A stretch of DNA of 62,946 bases, filler included, from Anaerolineae bacterium (GCA_041082215.1; 6 parts of 6 records of this genome joined end to end with filler, not necessarily neighbours in it), one strand, 5' to 3'. Shown: positions 40,431 through 50,104, counted from the whole stretch's first letter. The notes: a model not told the origin generated them from the letters alone. Numbers and translations: made by a program.

Positions 40431-40918
40431 TGGACGTACTCCGTGTTACGTATTCCGTGTTGCGTATTCCGTGTTTCGTGTCTTCGTGCCTTCATAGTGA
40501 GAATCCACAAAGCCAGGGCGAGCAGGAAGAGGGCGATGCCAGCGTCTATGGCGAACAGGATGGGACGGGCGGGCGCCGTGCCGGGTTGGCGGAACAGGTA
40601 GAACTGGACGGCCGCGAAGGCCAGGACGGAGCCCGCCAGCACTCCCCAGCCGACGACCTGGCGAAGCCACCCCCGCGCCCCCAGCCGGTCCACCACCAGC
40701 AGGAATCCGACGGCCGCCGAGAGCGCCGCCAGCACATGCCAGTGGCCCACAGCGAAGGCCCGCTCCCAGGCCGGGTCGCCCGCCCGCACCGCCTCCAGAT
40801 TGACGGCTACCCAGACCCCCGGCACCGTCACCACCAGGTTGACGAAGAGCAGGTGGAAGAGCATCCCGAAGCGGATCGGGTCGCTCAGGAGCGCCCGCCA
40901 GGCCGGACGGTCCGGCCG
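40427..40918 (-). CDS. Membrane protein, 5' truncated at gap
   Basis: Several TM helices and GHWH; tail encoded by a heptamer repeat (RNTQHGIRNTEY). Confidence 0.6.
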   Translation of the reverse strand, partial: RPDRPAWRALLSDPIRFGMLFHLLFVNLVVTVPGVWVAVNLEAVRAGDPAWERAFAVGHWHVLAALSAAVGFLLVVDRLGARGWLRQVVGWGVLAGSVLAFAAVQFYLFRQPGTAPARPILFAIDAGIALFLLALALWILTMKARRHETRNTQHGIRNTEYVQ

Positions 40919-41018
40919 NNNNNNNNNNNNNNNNNNNNNNNNNNNNNNNNNNNNNNNNNNNNTTAATTAATTAANNNNNNNNNNNNNNNNNNNNNNNNNN
41001 NNNNNNNNNNNNNNNNNN
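40919..41018. other. Artificial contig linker
   Basis: N run + TTAATTAATTAA + N run. Confidence 0.98.
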
Positions 41019-41231
41019 CTTGACGGAAAAGAGGAACCCTTCTGGTACTTTATCCACTATCTGAGCCAGGGTGGAGGGGCTGGGGATGCGATAGAAGGTG
41101 AAGTTCAGCTCGCACGTTGGGAACTCGCGGGCGTAGAATGGGAGCCACTCCGCCCTGGGCAGGTCCGACGGATAGACCAGGCCGACCCAGTCATCGTAAC
41201 TGAAACCGCTGGTACCGATCAGAACAGGCAT
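41019..41231 (-). CDS. DUF72-family protein (3' truncated)
   Basis: IGTSGFSYDDW, ELNFTFYRIP, FLFSVK. Confidence 0.85.
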
Positions 41232-41496
41232 TCTTACCCGCCCCCTGAGGACTGGTTGCTGGTTACTCGCTGCTCCTTGTGGTTTTTCATTTGCTGCAAG
41301 TGTGCACGGGCTCTGTCATTTTAATATGGAGTAAGGATTAGTCAACCTGTAAGCAGGCAGGCGTTTCCCCTTCCAGCACGTTGATCGTGTGGCTTAAAGC
41401 CGTCGCCTTTCCATCTCGAAATTTGACCGGCGGCCCCATCCCACTCAACGGTGGGAGGAAGGGGGCCGTCGGAGCAGGCCAGAAGCAACTGGCGTA

Positions 41497-41970
41497 TCAG
41501 ATGGGCCGGAAGTACACTATGTCCAGGATGCTCCCCCTTCGCTCCGCCCTGTCCTTAAAGACAGGCTCCACACACATCCCGATGCAGACCTGGTCCGGTT
41601 CCACCTCGCCCAGGTAGTGGACCAGCCCGCCGTCGGAGCCGTCCAGCCGGATAAAGGCCAGGACGCGGGGTTCAGGCAGGGGGTTGCCGTCCAGGTCGAG
41701 ATGGACGATGGTGTAGGTGTGGACATGTCCGGTGCCGGGCACCTCTACCCATTCTTCGAGATGGGCAAAGCACCGCTCGCAGTAGAGACGGGGCGGAACA
41801 TACACCAGGTCGCACTCCGGGCATCGGGTGCCGAGGAGCTGGCCGTTGTCCTTGATCTCACGGAAGAACCGCTCCCCAGCTATCCCCATGGTGTACCGGT
41901 TGGAGATCGGGATCTCCCCTTCCCATGCCAGGGCATCCCGCAGGTGTTGGATTCGATACATCAGGCTCAT
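41497..41970 (-). CDS. DUF35 Zn-ribbon/OB-fold protein
   Basis: GTRCPEC..VYVPPRLYCERC, GHVHTYT, IGMCVEPVF. Confidence 0.88.
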   Translation of the reverse strand: MSLMYRIQHLRDALAWEGEIPISNRYTMGIAGERFFREIKDNGQLLGTRCPECDLVYVPPRLYCERCFAHLEEWVEVPGTGHVHTYTIVHLDLDGNPLPEPRVLAFIRLDGSDGGLVHYLGEVEPDQVCIGMCVEPVFKDRAERRGSILDIVYFRPI

Positions 41971-42527
41971 TTTGCACCTCTTTTACTCTGGGGACTGGGT
42001 GATTGGGTGATTGGGTGACTGGGTGACTGGAGGGGTTTGAAGTAGAGGATGTCGGTGATGGCTCCTTCGCGTTCCTCTTCTGGCTTCCAGACCGCCTGTA
42101 CCCGCATCCCGATTTTCACCGCCTGCGGGTCAACTTCCCCCAGCAGGTGGAGGATGCCCATCCCCCGCGAGGCTCCGTCAATGGCGATGACGGCGGGAAT
42201 CTGGGGCTCCTCGACGCGCTCCATGTCCCAGGTGACATAGCAGAGGGAAAAGGTGACTACTGTACCGGTGTCCTGAAGGGGGACGAACGCATCGGCGGGA
42301 ACGAAGCAGTGCTCACAGAACATCCGCGGCGGGACCATCACCCGGTCGCATTGGGGGCAGTGGGTGCCGATCAGACGGCCTGCCTTCAGTCCCTGAAGGA
42401 ACCGGCCGATGGCGACTCCCGCGTCCCAGGCGTAGCGGGCATTGGGGTCCCAGGTTTCAAAGAGGACGCGCCCCTCCTGAAAGTCCTTTTCGCTCAGGTA
42501 GATGCTCTCGTAAACGTGTTGCTTCAT
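41967..42527 (-). CDS. DUF35 Zn-ribbon/OB-fold protein
   Basis: GTHCPQC...PPRMFCEHC, GTVVTFS, IGMRVQAVWKP; repeat-encoded tail. Confidence 0.88.
   Translation of the reverse strand: MKQHVYESIYLSEKDFQEGRVLFETWDPNARYAWDAGVAIGRFLQGLKAGRLIGTHCPQCDRVMVPPRMFCEHCFVPADAFVPLQDTGTVVTFSLCYVTWDMERVEEPQIPAVIAIDGASRGMGILHLLGEVDPQAVKIGMRVQAVWKPEEEREGAITDILYFKPLQSPSHPITQSPSPQSKRGAK
41989..42030. repeat. Octamer tandem array (GGGTGAYT)
   Basis: Same unit as 11945-11996. Confidence 0.8.
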
Positions 42528-42537
42528 CTCCCGCCTC

Positions 42538-43704
42538 CTAGATCCCCAGCACGATCACGGTGCCGACCTGCATCAGGTCGCCCCAGGCCTGGGCGACGCC
42601 CCGTTTTGGCTGGCCCGGCACCTGGCGGGCGCCCGCCTCGCCGCGCAACTGCCAGAAGAGCTCGGCCACCTTCATCAGGCCAGCGGCGGCGATGGGGTTG
42701 CCCACGCCCAAAAGGCCCCCGCTGGGGCAGACCGGCAGGTCACCATCCCGCTGGGTGATGCCCAGGGCTGTGGCCTCCGGCGCCTTGCCCCTGTCGAACA
42801 GCATCAGCCCCTCCAGATGGTGGAGTTCCTTATAGTCGAAGGGGTCGTAGGGTTCGGCGATGTGGATCTGCTTGCGCGGCTCGGTGATGCCGGCCATCTT
42901 ATAGGCCATCCGCGCCGCCTCCTCCACGTAGGTGGGGTAGGAGAGGTCCCGGCTGGTCCAGTAGGCGGTGTCGAGGCTCCAGCCCACGCCCTCCACCCAG
43001 ACCGGCTTGTCGGTCACCCGGCGGGCGACATGCTCGGCGCACATCACCAGCGCCACCGCCCCATCGGTGACGGGGCTCACATCCAGCCGCTGCACGGGCC
43101 AGGCGAGCACCTCCGAATTAAGCACATCTTCCACCGTGATGTTCGGATCCCCCAGCAGCGCCGCCGGGTGGTCGGCCGCGTTCCGCTTGTTCTTTACCGA
43201 CACCAGAGCGATGTCCCGCTTGTCCAACCCGTACCGGCTCATATAGGCATTCATCTCCAGGGCGAAGATCCACAGGAGGTTCGGTCCCAGCGGCCGCTCG
43301 GTGGTGTGGTCGAAGATGGTCAGGAAGGCCCCTTGCGGGTGGGGCTGGCAGGAGGACATTTTCTCCTCGGCGACGACGAGGACGGTGTCGAAGAGGCCGC
43401 TGGCGACGTGGTACCAGCCCTGGATAGGGGCGAAGACCCCCGTGCCGCCGCCGACATAGCCACGGATGACGGGCTTGCCCCAGCCGCCAGCGCCATCGGA
43501 GAGGTATTCGCTCTTCATATGAACGCCGTCGAAAGCCTCTGGGGCGCTGTCTACGATCACGGCATCTATATCGTCCAGCGTCAGCTCGCAGGACTCCAGC
43601 GCCTTGCTGGCGGCCTCCCAGGCCAGTTCCTTGGCCGTCTCCTGGGCGCGGCGGACGAATCGGGTCATCCCCGCGCCGACAACTGCAACTCGATTTCGTC
43701 CCAT
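42538..43704 (-). CDS. Thiolase-superfamily (SCP2/Ltp-like) protein
   Basis: VAVVGAGMT, AEEKMS, SPVTDGAVA, AEPYDPF, PVCPSGGLLG. Confidence 0.85.
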   Translation of the reverse strand: MGRNRVAVVGAGMTRFVRRAQETAKELAWEAASKALESCELTLDDIDAVIVDSAPEAFDGVHMKSEYLSDGAGGWGKPVIRGYVGGGTGVFAPIQGWYHVASGLFDTVLVVAEEKMSSCQPHPQGAFLTIFDHTTERPLGPNLLWIFALEMNAYMSRYGLDKRDIALVSVKNKRNAADHPAALLGDPNITVEDVLNSEVLAWPVQRLDVSPVTDGAVALVMCAEHVARRVTDKPVWVEGVGWSLDTAYWTSRDLSYPTYVEEAARMAYKMAGITEPRKQIHIAEPYDPFDYKELHHLEGLMLFDRGKAPEATALGITQRDGDLPVCPSGGLLGVGNPIAAAGLMKVAELFWQLRGEAGARQVPGQPKRGVAQAWGDLMQVGTVIVLGI

Positions 43705-43714
43705 CGCCCGCCTC

Positions 43715-44866
43715 CTAATTGCTCAAGATCACGGCCGCGCCGCTGGTGGTGGGCACGCCGCGCCAGGCGAAGGCCAGCCCGGTCTCCACCCCTTCCAGCT
43801 GACGGTCGCCGGCCTCTCCCCGAAGCTGGAGCACCACCTCCAGCATACGGGCCAATCCCGTGCAGTCCAGCAGATGTCCCTCGCCCAGCGCACCGCCGGA
43901 GGGGTTCACCGGGAACTCTCCGGTCATTGCAGTGCCTCCCTCCAGGGTCCACATCCCCGCCTCCCCCGGCCGACAGAGCCCCAGAGCCTCCAGGTGCTGG
44001 AGTTCCTTGTAGGCGAAGGTGTCGTCCACTTCGGCGAAGTCAATCTCGTTGCGTGGGCTTCTGATCCCGGCGGTGCGATAGGCCATCTGCCCGGCCAGAT
44101 AGGCGTAGCCAGCCTGGCCCCAGGGGCGGCTTTCCAGCCAGAAGGTGTCGTTGGCCCAGCCGATGCCGCGGATCCAGATGGGGCGGTCGGTGAGGGCTCG
44201 GGCGGCCTCCCCCGAGGCCAGCACGAAGACCACCGCCCCGTCGGCGTGATCGGCGCAGGCCAGGCGGGTGAGGGGCTCCGCCACCGGCTCGGAGGCCAGC
44301 ACGTCGTCTATTGTGAGCTGGGCCCCGTAGCCGGCCAGGGGGTTGGTCAGCGCGTTGGCCCGGTTCTTGACCACCACCTGGGCGCAGGCCTCGATCGGCG
44401 TCCCCGACTCGGCCAGGTACCGCTGCATCTCCATCCCGGCGATGGCGTAAGGATGGAAGGCCAGCGGGCGGTTGAAGACGGGGTCCATCGCGTAGGCCAG
44501 GATATAGGGCAGGGTGAGGATGTTGGAGGCCTTGCTGTGGGCTTCGACCACCACAATGTCAAACTGACCGGTGAGGATCTGCATCACCGCTGCCGCGACG
44601 CCGTGGATGCCGTCCCCGGTGATGGTGTGGTTGGGACGGAGCGCCCCGCCCAGCTGGTCGGGCGTGTATTCATCGAAAATGCTGGTCCCTTCGTTGAAGT
44701 CCTCCGCCACAGTGACAAAGCTATCCACATCCCGACGGGGGTCCACGCCGGCATCCTCATAGGCGCGGACGGCGGCTTCATATATCATTTCTTTGTACGA
44801 GACATCGGGTGTGATGGAGCGGAAGGGGCTCCACCCCACCCCCACGATGGCCACTTCTCGGATCAT
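43715..44866 (-). CDS. Thiolase-superfamily (SCP2/Ltp-like) protein
   Basis: VAIVGVG, ADGAVVFVL, AEVDDTFAY, PVNPSGGALGEGH. Confidence 0.85.
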   Translation of the reverse strand: MIREVAIVGVGWSPFRSITPDVSYKEMIYEAAVRAYEDAGVDPRRDVDSFVTVAEDFNEGTSIFDEYTPDQLGGALRPNHTITGDGIHGVAAAVMQILTGQFDIVVVEAHSKASNILTLPYILAYAMDPVFNRPLAFHPYAIAGMEMQRYLAESGTPIEACAQVVVKNRANALTNPLAGYGAQLTIDDVLASEPVAEPLTRLACADHADGAVVFVLASGEAARALTDRPIWIRGIGWANDTFWLESRPWGQAGYAYLAGQMAYRTAGIRSPRNEIDFAEVDDTFAYKELQHLEALGLCRPGEAGMWTLEGGTAMTGEFPVNPSGGALGEGHLLDCTGLARMLEVVLQLRGEAGDRQLEGVETGLAFAWRGVPTTSGAAVILSN

Positions 44867-44958
44867 AGCTCGGACCTCCTGGAAAAATACAGGTGGCAGG
44901 TTGGCAGGTAAGCAGATTGGCAGGGTTATGCACTGCGGTTCTCCGTGTTGCACCTCCT

Positions 44959-45876
44959 TCAGTGCGTTTCCATATGATGTTGTAACAACGCCTCTTCGAA
45001 AAAGGCGACCACCCGCCGTTCCCACTCCTCGGCAGCTACGTCCAGGTACGCTCCATGGCCACAGCCAGGGACGATCCAGAGCTCCTTTGGCTCGCGTGCC
45101 CGGCCCAGAAGCCTCCACGGATGGGTTGTCGCTGTCTCCCGGTCCCCATAGATGAGGAATAGAGGGCGGGGGCTGATGCGGTCAATGACGGAGATGGGGC
45201 TGATCTCTCCTGCGTTCACCCCCGCCTCAAGTCGGAAAAAGAAGAGGATCGCGTGGTAGAAAGGAACCGCCCACCAGGGGCCGTTCCCGTCGTTGAGGAT
45301 GTCGGCTTTCAGGTCGTAGAAACCCCCTTCTGCTACCACCGCCTCGATCCGGGGGTCGCTGGCTGCCCCCAGGATACCGGTCACCCCTCCCAGGGAGAAG
45401 CCCAGCACCCCAACGTGGGCCACGCCGGGCTGGGCCAGCACCCATGTCACCGCTTCTGTCAGGTCGGCTGCCTCCCGGTAGCCCAGGGAGCTTTCCCCCT
45501 TCGGGTGGGCGCAGGAGCGGAGTTCGGTGAGCAGAAGGCCATAACCGTGCCGGGCCAGGATCGCCCCTTCCCGCAGCATTCCCTCCCGCGCCCCGCCCCC
45601 GCCCGGCAGGAGGATGATCACCGCGCCGTTCTGAGGGGGAAGATACCAGGCCCGGAGGGTCAGCCCGTCGTGGCTGGGGTAGGAGACCTCCTGCGCGTTC
45701 TCGATGCCCACGCTGGCGGGGGTGAGGCCAGCCTCTGCACAACCGGGATGGGTGAGATAGTGGGTATAGAGGTAACTCGTCGGCAATATCACACCGGAAA
45801 GGACCCCAAGCAGGGTCGTGAAGGTCCAGAGCGTCAGCCGCAGCCAGTGCCCCCGGTTCCTTTGCACAGGCTTCAT
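44959..45876 (-). CDS. Alpha/beta hydrolase with N-terminal anchor
   Basis: DGLTLRAWY, GFSLGG, YGDRE, GCGH. Confidence 0.82.
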   Translation of the reverse strand: MKPVQRNRGHWLRLTLWTFTTLLGVLSGVILPTSYLYTHYLTHPGCAEAGLTPASVGIENAQEVSYPSHDGLTLRAWYLPPQNGAVIILLPGGGGAREGMLREGAILARHGYGLLLTELRSCAHPKGESSLGYREAADLTEAVTWVLAQPGVAHVGVLGFSLGGVTGILGAASDPRIEAVVAEGGFYDLKADILNDGNGPWWAVPFYHAILFFFRLEAGVNAGEISPISVIDRISPRPLFLIYGDRETATTHPWRLLGRAREPKELWIVPGCGHGAYLDVAAEEWERRVVAFFEEALLQHHMETH

Positions 45877-45905
45877 TTTATACCAAAGCCGGGAATTTGG
45901 GAAGG

Positions 45906-46706
45906 CTACCGGCCGCTTCTTTCCACTTCTTCCAGGAACCGCAGCACCAATCGGTTGAAGACGGCCGGGCGGTCAACTGGCGTGGCGTGGCCGGAACGGG
46001 GGATCACCTCCAGCCGGGCACCCGGGATGCCCGCTGCCAGCTCCTCCTTAGCTGCCAGATGCACCGTGGTGTCCTCTGCTCCGGCCACCACCAGGGTCGG
46101 TACGTGGATGCGGGCCAGGTCGTTTCGGCCGTCGAAGCGGGCAGCCGCCTGGATCGCGGCCCAGTAGGCGGCGGGGTCGTTGGCCCGCAGCCGCTCCAGC
46201 GCCGCCCGCCGCACCGTTTCCTGGCCGGGGTGAGGAAACATCCCCCGCGCCACCACTTCCGCTTGCTTTTCCAGCCCCCCGGTCAACAGCGCCAGCGTCC
46301 GCCGCAGAAGGGTCCACCAGCTCCGGAACCCCCGGGGACGGAGCCGGGCGAAGGTGTTGACCAGAACCAGGGAACGGACCCGCGATGGATGGTGGACGGC
46401 CAGCGCCTGGGCCACCAGGCCGCCGAGGGAGAGCCCAACCACATGGGCCGCCCCGATCCCCAGCCCCCTCATCAGGCCGGCCACGTCCTCCGCCATTTGA
46501 GGGATCGTGCAGGGGCTGGTTGGCCGGTCGGTCCGGCCGTGCCCCCGCAGGTCAGGCGCCACCACCCGGTACCGCCCGGCGAAGGCGGGGAACTGGAGCC
46601 ACCAGTCCTCAGCGCAGGAGCCCAGCCCGTGGATGAGGAGCACCGCCGGGCCATATCCCTGGACCCGATAGTATATCCGCAGGCCGTTGACGATCTGGTA
46701 GGGCAT
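45906..46706 (-). CDS. Alpha/beta hydrolase (enol-lactonase-like)
   Basis: IHGLG, DLRGHG, GLSLGG, GAED, SGH. Confidence 0.88.
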   Translation of the reverse strand: MPYQIVNGLRIYYRVQGYGPAVLLIHGLGSCAEDWWLQFPAFAGRYRVVAPDLRGHGRTDRPTSPCTIPQMAEDVAGLMRGLGIGAAHVVGLSLGGLVAQALAVHHPSRVRSLVLVNTFARLRPRGFRSWWTLLRRTLALLTGGLEKQAEVVARGMFPHPGQETVRRAALERLRANDPAAYWAAIQAAARFDGRNDLARIHVPTLVVAGAEDTTVHLAAKEELAAGIPGARLEVIPRSGHATPVDRPAVFNRLVLRFLEEVERSGR

Positions 46707-46718
46707 TTCCGCTCCCTT

Positions 46719-47936
46719 TCACGCCGCTGGCACCAGTTGCAGGAAATGTCGTTTGCCAACCCGCAAAACCGCCTCACGAGGTTCGACCATCAGGTCAACG
46801 TCGGCGACCTGCTCCTCATCCAGCCACACCGCTTTCTGCTGGATCAGCCTTCGCGCATCGCTCTTGGAACGGCTGAAGCCTGCCTCAAAGATCAGGTCCA
46901 CAATATTGATCGGGCCGCTCAGCTTCCGGACCGGCATCTCTTCCGGCAGCTCTCGTTTCTGAAAGACGGTGCGGAAGTGCTCCTGGGCAGCGTCCGCCGC
47001 CTCCGAGCCGTGGAAGATATCCACGATCTCCCAGGCCAGCCGCATCTTGGCATCGCGGGGATGGACCGAGCCGTCGGCCAGGCCGGCCTTCAGGCGTTCG
47101 ATCTCCTCCGGGCTCCAGCGGGTCACCAGGTCGAAATAGTTGGGCATCGCCTCATCGGGGATGGACATCACCTTGCCGTACATCACCTCCGGCGGCTCGT
47201 TGATGCCGATGTAGTTGCCCATGCTCTTGGACATGCGCATCTTCCCGTCGGTGCCGACAAGGATGGGGAAGGTGATGCAGATCTGGGGCTTCTGGCCGAA
47301 GGCCTCCTGGATCTTCCGGCCGGCCAGCAGGTTGAAGAGCTGCTCCGTGGCGCCGATCTGGACATCGGCCTGCAATGCCACGGCATCGTACCCCTGCATC
47401 AGCGCGTACATAAACTCATGCAGCCAGATAGGGTCGCCCCGGTTGTACCGCAGGGCGAAGTTGTCCCGCACCAGGAACTGCTGGACGGTAAAGAGGGCCG
47501 CCAGCTCGACGATCTCGCGGAAGGTCAATTTGGAAAGCCACTCCCCGTTATATCGCACCTCGGTCCGCTCGGGGTCAAGGATTTTGAAGGCCTGTTGAAC
47601 GTAGGTGCGGGCATTTGCCTCCACCTGCTCCAGCGTGGGGCGGGGACGGGCTTTATCCCGGTCGGAAGGATCGCCGATGAGAGCGGTAAAGGTTCCGATG
47701 ACGAAGATCGCCTGGTGGCCCAGTTCCTGGAACTGACGGAGTTTACGCATCGTGACCGTGTGGCCCAGGTGGAGATCGGGGGCAGTGGGGTCGTAGCCGC
47801 AGTAAACCCGAAGAGGGCGGCCCTCTGCCAGCCGGTCCCGAAGTTCCCGGGTCATATGCCCTCTGATCTGCTCATCGCCGAACTCAGCGCCGTGCATCAG
47901 GACAGCCACCTGCTCGTCTATGGACAGTTTCCGCAT
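46719..47936 (-). CDS. tyrS: Tyrosine--tRNA ligase
   Basis: GYDPTAPDLHLGH, IGDPS, YALMQGYD, RMSKSMGN, C-terminal S4 domain; GAGGAGG RBS. Confidence 0.95.
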   Translation of the reverse strand: MRKLSIDEQVAVLMHGAEFGDEQIRGHMTRELRDRLAEGRPLRVYCGYDPTAPDLHLGHTVTMRKLRQFQELGHQAIFVIGTFTALIGDPSDRDKARPRPTLEQVEANARTYVQQAFKILDPERTEVRYNGEWLSKLTFREIVELAALFTVQQFLVRDNFALRYNRGDPIWLHEFMYALMQGYDAVALQADVQIGATEQLFNLLAGRKIQEAFGQKPQICITFPILVGTDGKMRMSKSMGNYIGINEPPEVMYGKVMSIPDEAMPNYFDLVTRWSPEEIERLKAGLADGSVHPRDAKMRLAWEIVDIFHGSEAADAAQEHFRTVFQKRELPEEMPVRKLSGPINIVDLIFEAGFSRSKSDARRLIQQKAVWLDEEQVADVDLMVEPREAVLRVGKRHFLQLVPAA

Positions 47937-47969
47937 GTCGCTCCTCCTCAGAAAAAGGTGGCGGGGAAC

Positions 47970-47991
47970 AAAAAAGCCCAACCTGTGGGCT
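47970..47991 (-). terminator. Intrinsic terminator in the tyrS leader
   Basis: AGCCCA-CAGGT-TGGGCT followed by a T tract, just upstream of the tyrS RBS. Confidence 0.65.
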
Positions 47992-48029
47992 GGGGATAGC
48001 GGATTGCAGCGCCGACCGACCCGCAGGCG

Positions 48030-48077
48030 CTACAATCCGCCGGTATAGATATAGGCAGAAGCGCTCCAGACGCCCAT
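48030..48077 (-). CDS. Candidate tyrS leader peptide MGVWSASAYIYTGGL
   Basis: 15-codon ORF with TAT-ATC-TAT, between TATAAT (48093-48098) and the hairpin/terminator. Confidence 0.4.
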   Translation of the reverse strand: MGVWSASAYIYTGGL

Positions 48078-48426
48078 CGTTCTTTGCACCGTATTATAAT
48101 CGAATTAATCCAAACGGCAACTGCTGGAGAAGGAGAAGGACCATAGAGACACGGGGAAATGGAGACGCGGAGACGCGGAGAGACGCCGGGGAACCTCCAG
48201 ACCTTCTGAGGGACTCCTGGGCCTCCGTGGTGAAAATCTTCGAACACCCGGCGCAGATCGGGCTTGCGCTTCAGGGAGGGGATGATATAATGAAAACAAC
48301 CCCTGGTTATTGCATCTTTCCAAGTTGATCCGACAAAGGCCAAAGCCGCCGGGTGGTTCTTTCAATCGCAGAGGAGGCAGAGGGGATAGGGAAAAAGGCG
48401 CTGCGAGCCCGGCCATCCGGTTTGGC

Positions 48427-48481
48427 CCTCACCCTACCCCCTGGCCCCCTCCCCTCTCCCGCCGCGCGGGAGAGGGGAGGG
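48427..48481. repeat. CCTCACCC-type palindromic element
   Basis: Shares ACCCCCTGGCCCCCTCCC with 34513-34566; CCCTCCCCTCTCCCG/CGGGAGAGGGGAGGG stem. Confidence 0.75.
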
Positions 48482-48721
48482 TTGCCTGGCTATTGGCATA
48501 ATAAATAATAATTTGTCAAGCTGCAACTGCCAGGGGCGTTTGAGGCTTTTTCCGCCGCCTGTTTGAATGGATGGCGGCCCTGATGGCAGGTTGGGAGTTG
48601 GAGACAGCCCGGTGGGCGAAAAAGAGAAACTTTGCCGTGAGGCCGTGCCCGGCGCCCGGCGGCACCGGATGACGGCCTTTTCTTATCGGTCTGCCGCAAT
48701 GATCAGAAAGGGAGCATAACT

Positions 48722-50104
48722 GTGAGCCTGGGCGTTGTGATTCTGGCCGCCGGCCAGGGAACCCGAATGCGGTCGCAGGTGCCGAAGGTGCTTCACACTC
48801 TGGCCGGACGACCGATGGTCCTCTATACCGTCGAAGTTGCCCGCGCCCTCACCCCTCTCCCGCCGGTACTGGTGGTGGGCTGCGGGGCGGAAGCGGTGCG
48901 GCAGGCGGTGGGCAGCGCGGCAACCTATGTGGAGCAGGCTGAGCAGCTCGGCACCGGCCACGCCGTGCTCCAGGCCCGCCCTGTCCTCGAAGGGCAGGCA
49001 TCGGAGGTCCTGGTCCTCTACGCCGATATGCCCCTGCTGCGGGAAGAGACGCTGCGGAGGCTGTGGGAGCACCAGCGGGCCGGATCAGCTCCCCTCACAA
49101 TGTTGACAGTGGTCCACGGCGACCCCCACGGCTTCGGGCGGGTGATCCGCGATGGAAGCAGGGCGGTGGTCCGCGTCGTCGAAGAAGCAGCGGCGACGCC
49201 GGAAGAGCTGGAGGTCCGGGAGCTGAACGCCGGCGTCTACTGCTTCGACGCAGAGTGGCTGTGGGCCCATCTGGACCGGATCCCCCTCAGCCTGCCCAAG
49301 CGGGAGTACTACCTCACCGACCTTATCGGCATGGCCGCGGCGGAGGGGCGGCCGGCGAAGGCGATCCCGGTCGAGGACCCAAGCGAGGTCCTGGGGATCA
49401 ACACCCGAGTCCATCTGGCCGAAGCGGAGGCTGTCCTGCGGGAGCGGATCAACCGCCGGTGGATGGAGGAAGGGGTAACGATGGTGGACCCGGCGACGAC
49501 GTACATCGAGGCGGAGGTGGTCATTGGACCGGACACGGTGATCTGGCCGAACACCGTGCTGCGAGGGCGGACGCGGATCGGCTCTAACTGTCGGATCGGC
49601 CCCAACAGCATCGTTGAGGACAGCACCATCGGCGACGGATGCCGGGTGGTGGCTTCGGTGGTAGAGGGTGCGGTGATGGAGGAGGGGAGCGATGTGGGGC
49701 CCTTCAGTCACCTGCGGCGAGGGGCCTATCTGAAGGCCGGGGCCCATGTGGGGAATTTCGGCGAGGTCAAGAATGCCACCCTCGGGCCGGGGGCCAAGAT
49801 GGGCCACTTCAGCTATCTGGGCGATGCCGAGGTGGGGGCTGGGGCCAACATCGGCGCCGGCACCATCACCTGCAACTTCGACGGGGAGCGGAAACACCGC
49901 ACCGAGATCGGAGAGGGGGCTTTCATCGGTTCCGACACCATGCTGGTCGCCCCGGTCCGGGTCGGCAGGGGGGCAAAGACGGGGGCTGGCTCGGTCGTCA
50001 CGCGGGATGTGCCGGACGGCGCAGTGGTCTACGGCGTGCCAGCGCGGGTCCGAAGGCAGGCGAGCGAGAGGGGCGGAGAGACGGGGGAGGAAGATGGGAC
50101 CTGA
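48722..50104 (+). CDS. glmU: Bifunctional GlmU
   Basis: ILAAGQGTRMRS..PKVLH, QLGTGHAV, EYYLTD, GNFGEVK, HFSYLGDA, NIGAGTITCNFDG. Confidence 0.96.
   Translation: MSLGVVILAAGQGTRMRSQVPKVLHTLAGRPMVLYTVEVARALTPLPPVLVVGCGAEAVRQAVGSAATYVEQAEQLGTGHAVLQARPVLEGQASEVLVLYADMPLLREETLRRLWEHQRAGSAPLTMLTVVHGDPHGFGRVIRDGSRAVVRVVEEAAATPEELEVRELNAGVYCFDAEWLWAHLDRIPLSLPKREYYLTDLIGMAAAEGRPAKAIPVEDPSEVLGINTRVHLAEAEAVLRERINRRWMEEGVTMVDPATTYIEAEVVIGPDTVIWPNTVLRGRTRIGSNCRIGPNSIVEDSTIGDGCRVVASVVEGAVMEEGSDVGPFSHLRRGAYLKAGAHVGNFGEVKNATLGPGAKMGHFSYLGDAEVGAGANIGAGTITCNFDGERKHRTEIGEGAFIGSDTMLVAPVRVGRGAKTGAGSVVTRDVPDGAVVYGVPARVRRQASERGGETGEEDGT

Noticed and set aside
47937..48100. T-box riboswitch upstream of tyrS
   Set aside because: No GGTGGNACCGCG T-box motif seen, and the leader is short for a full stem I.
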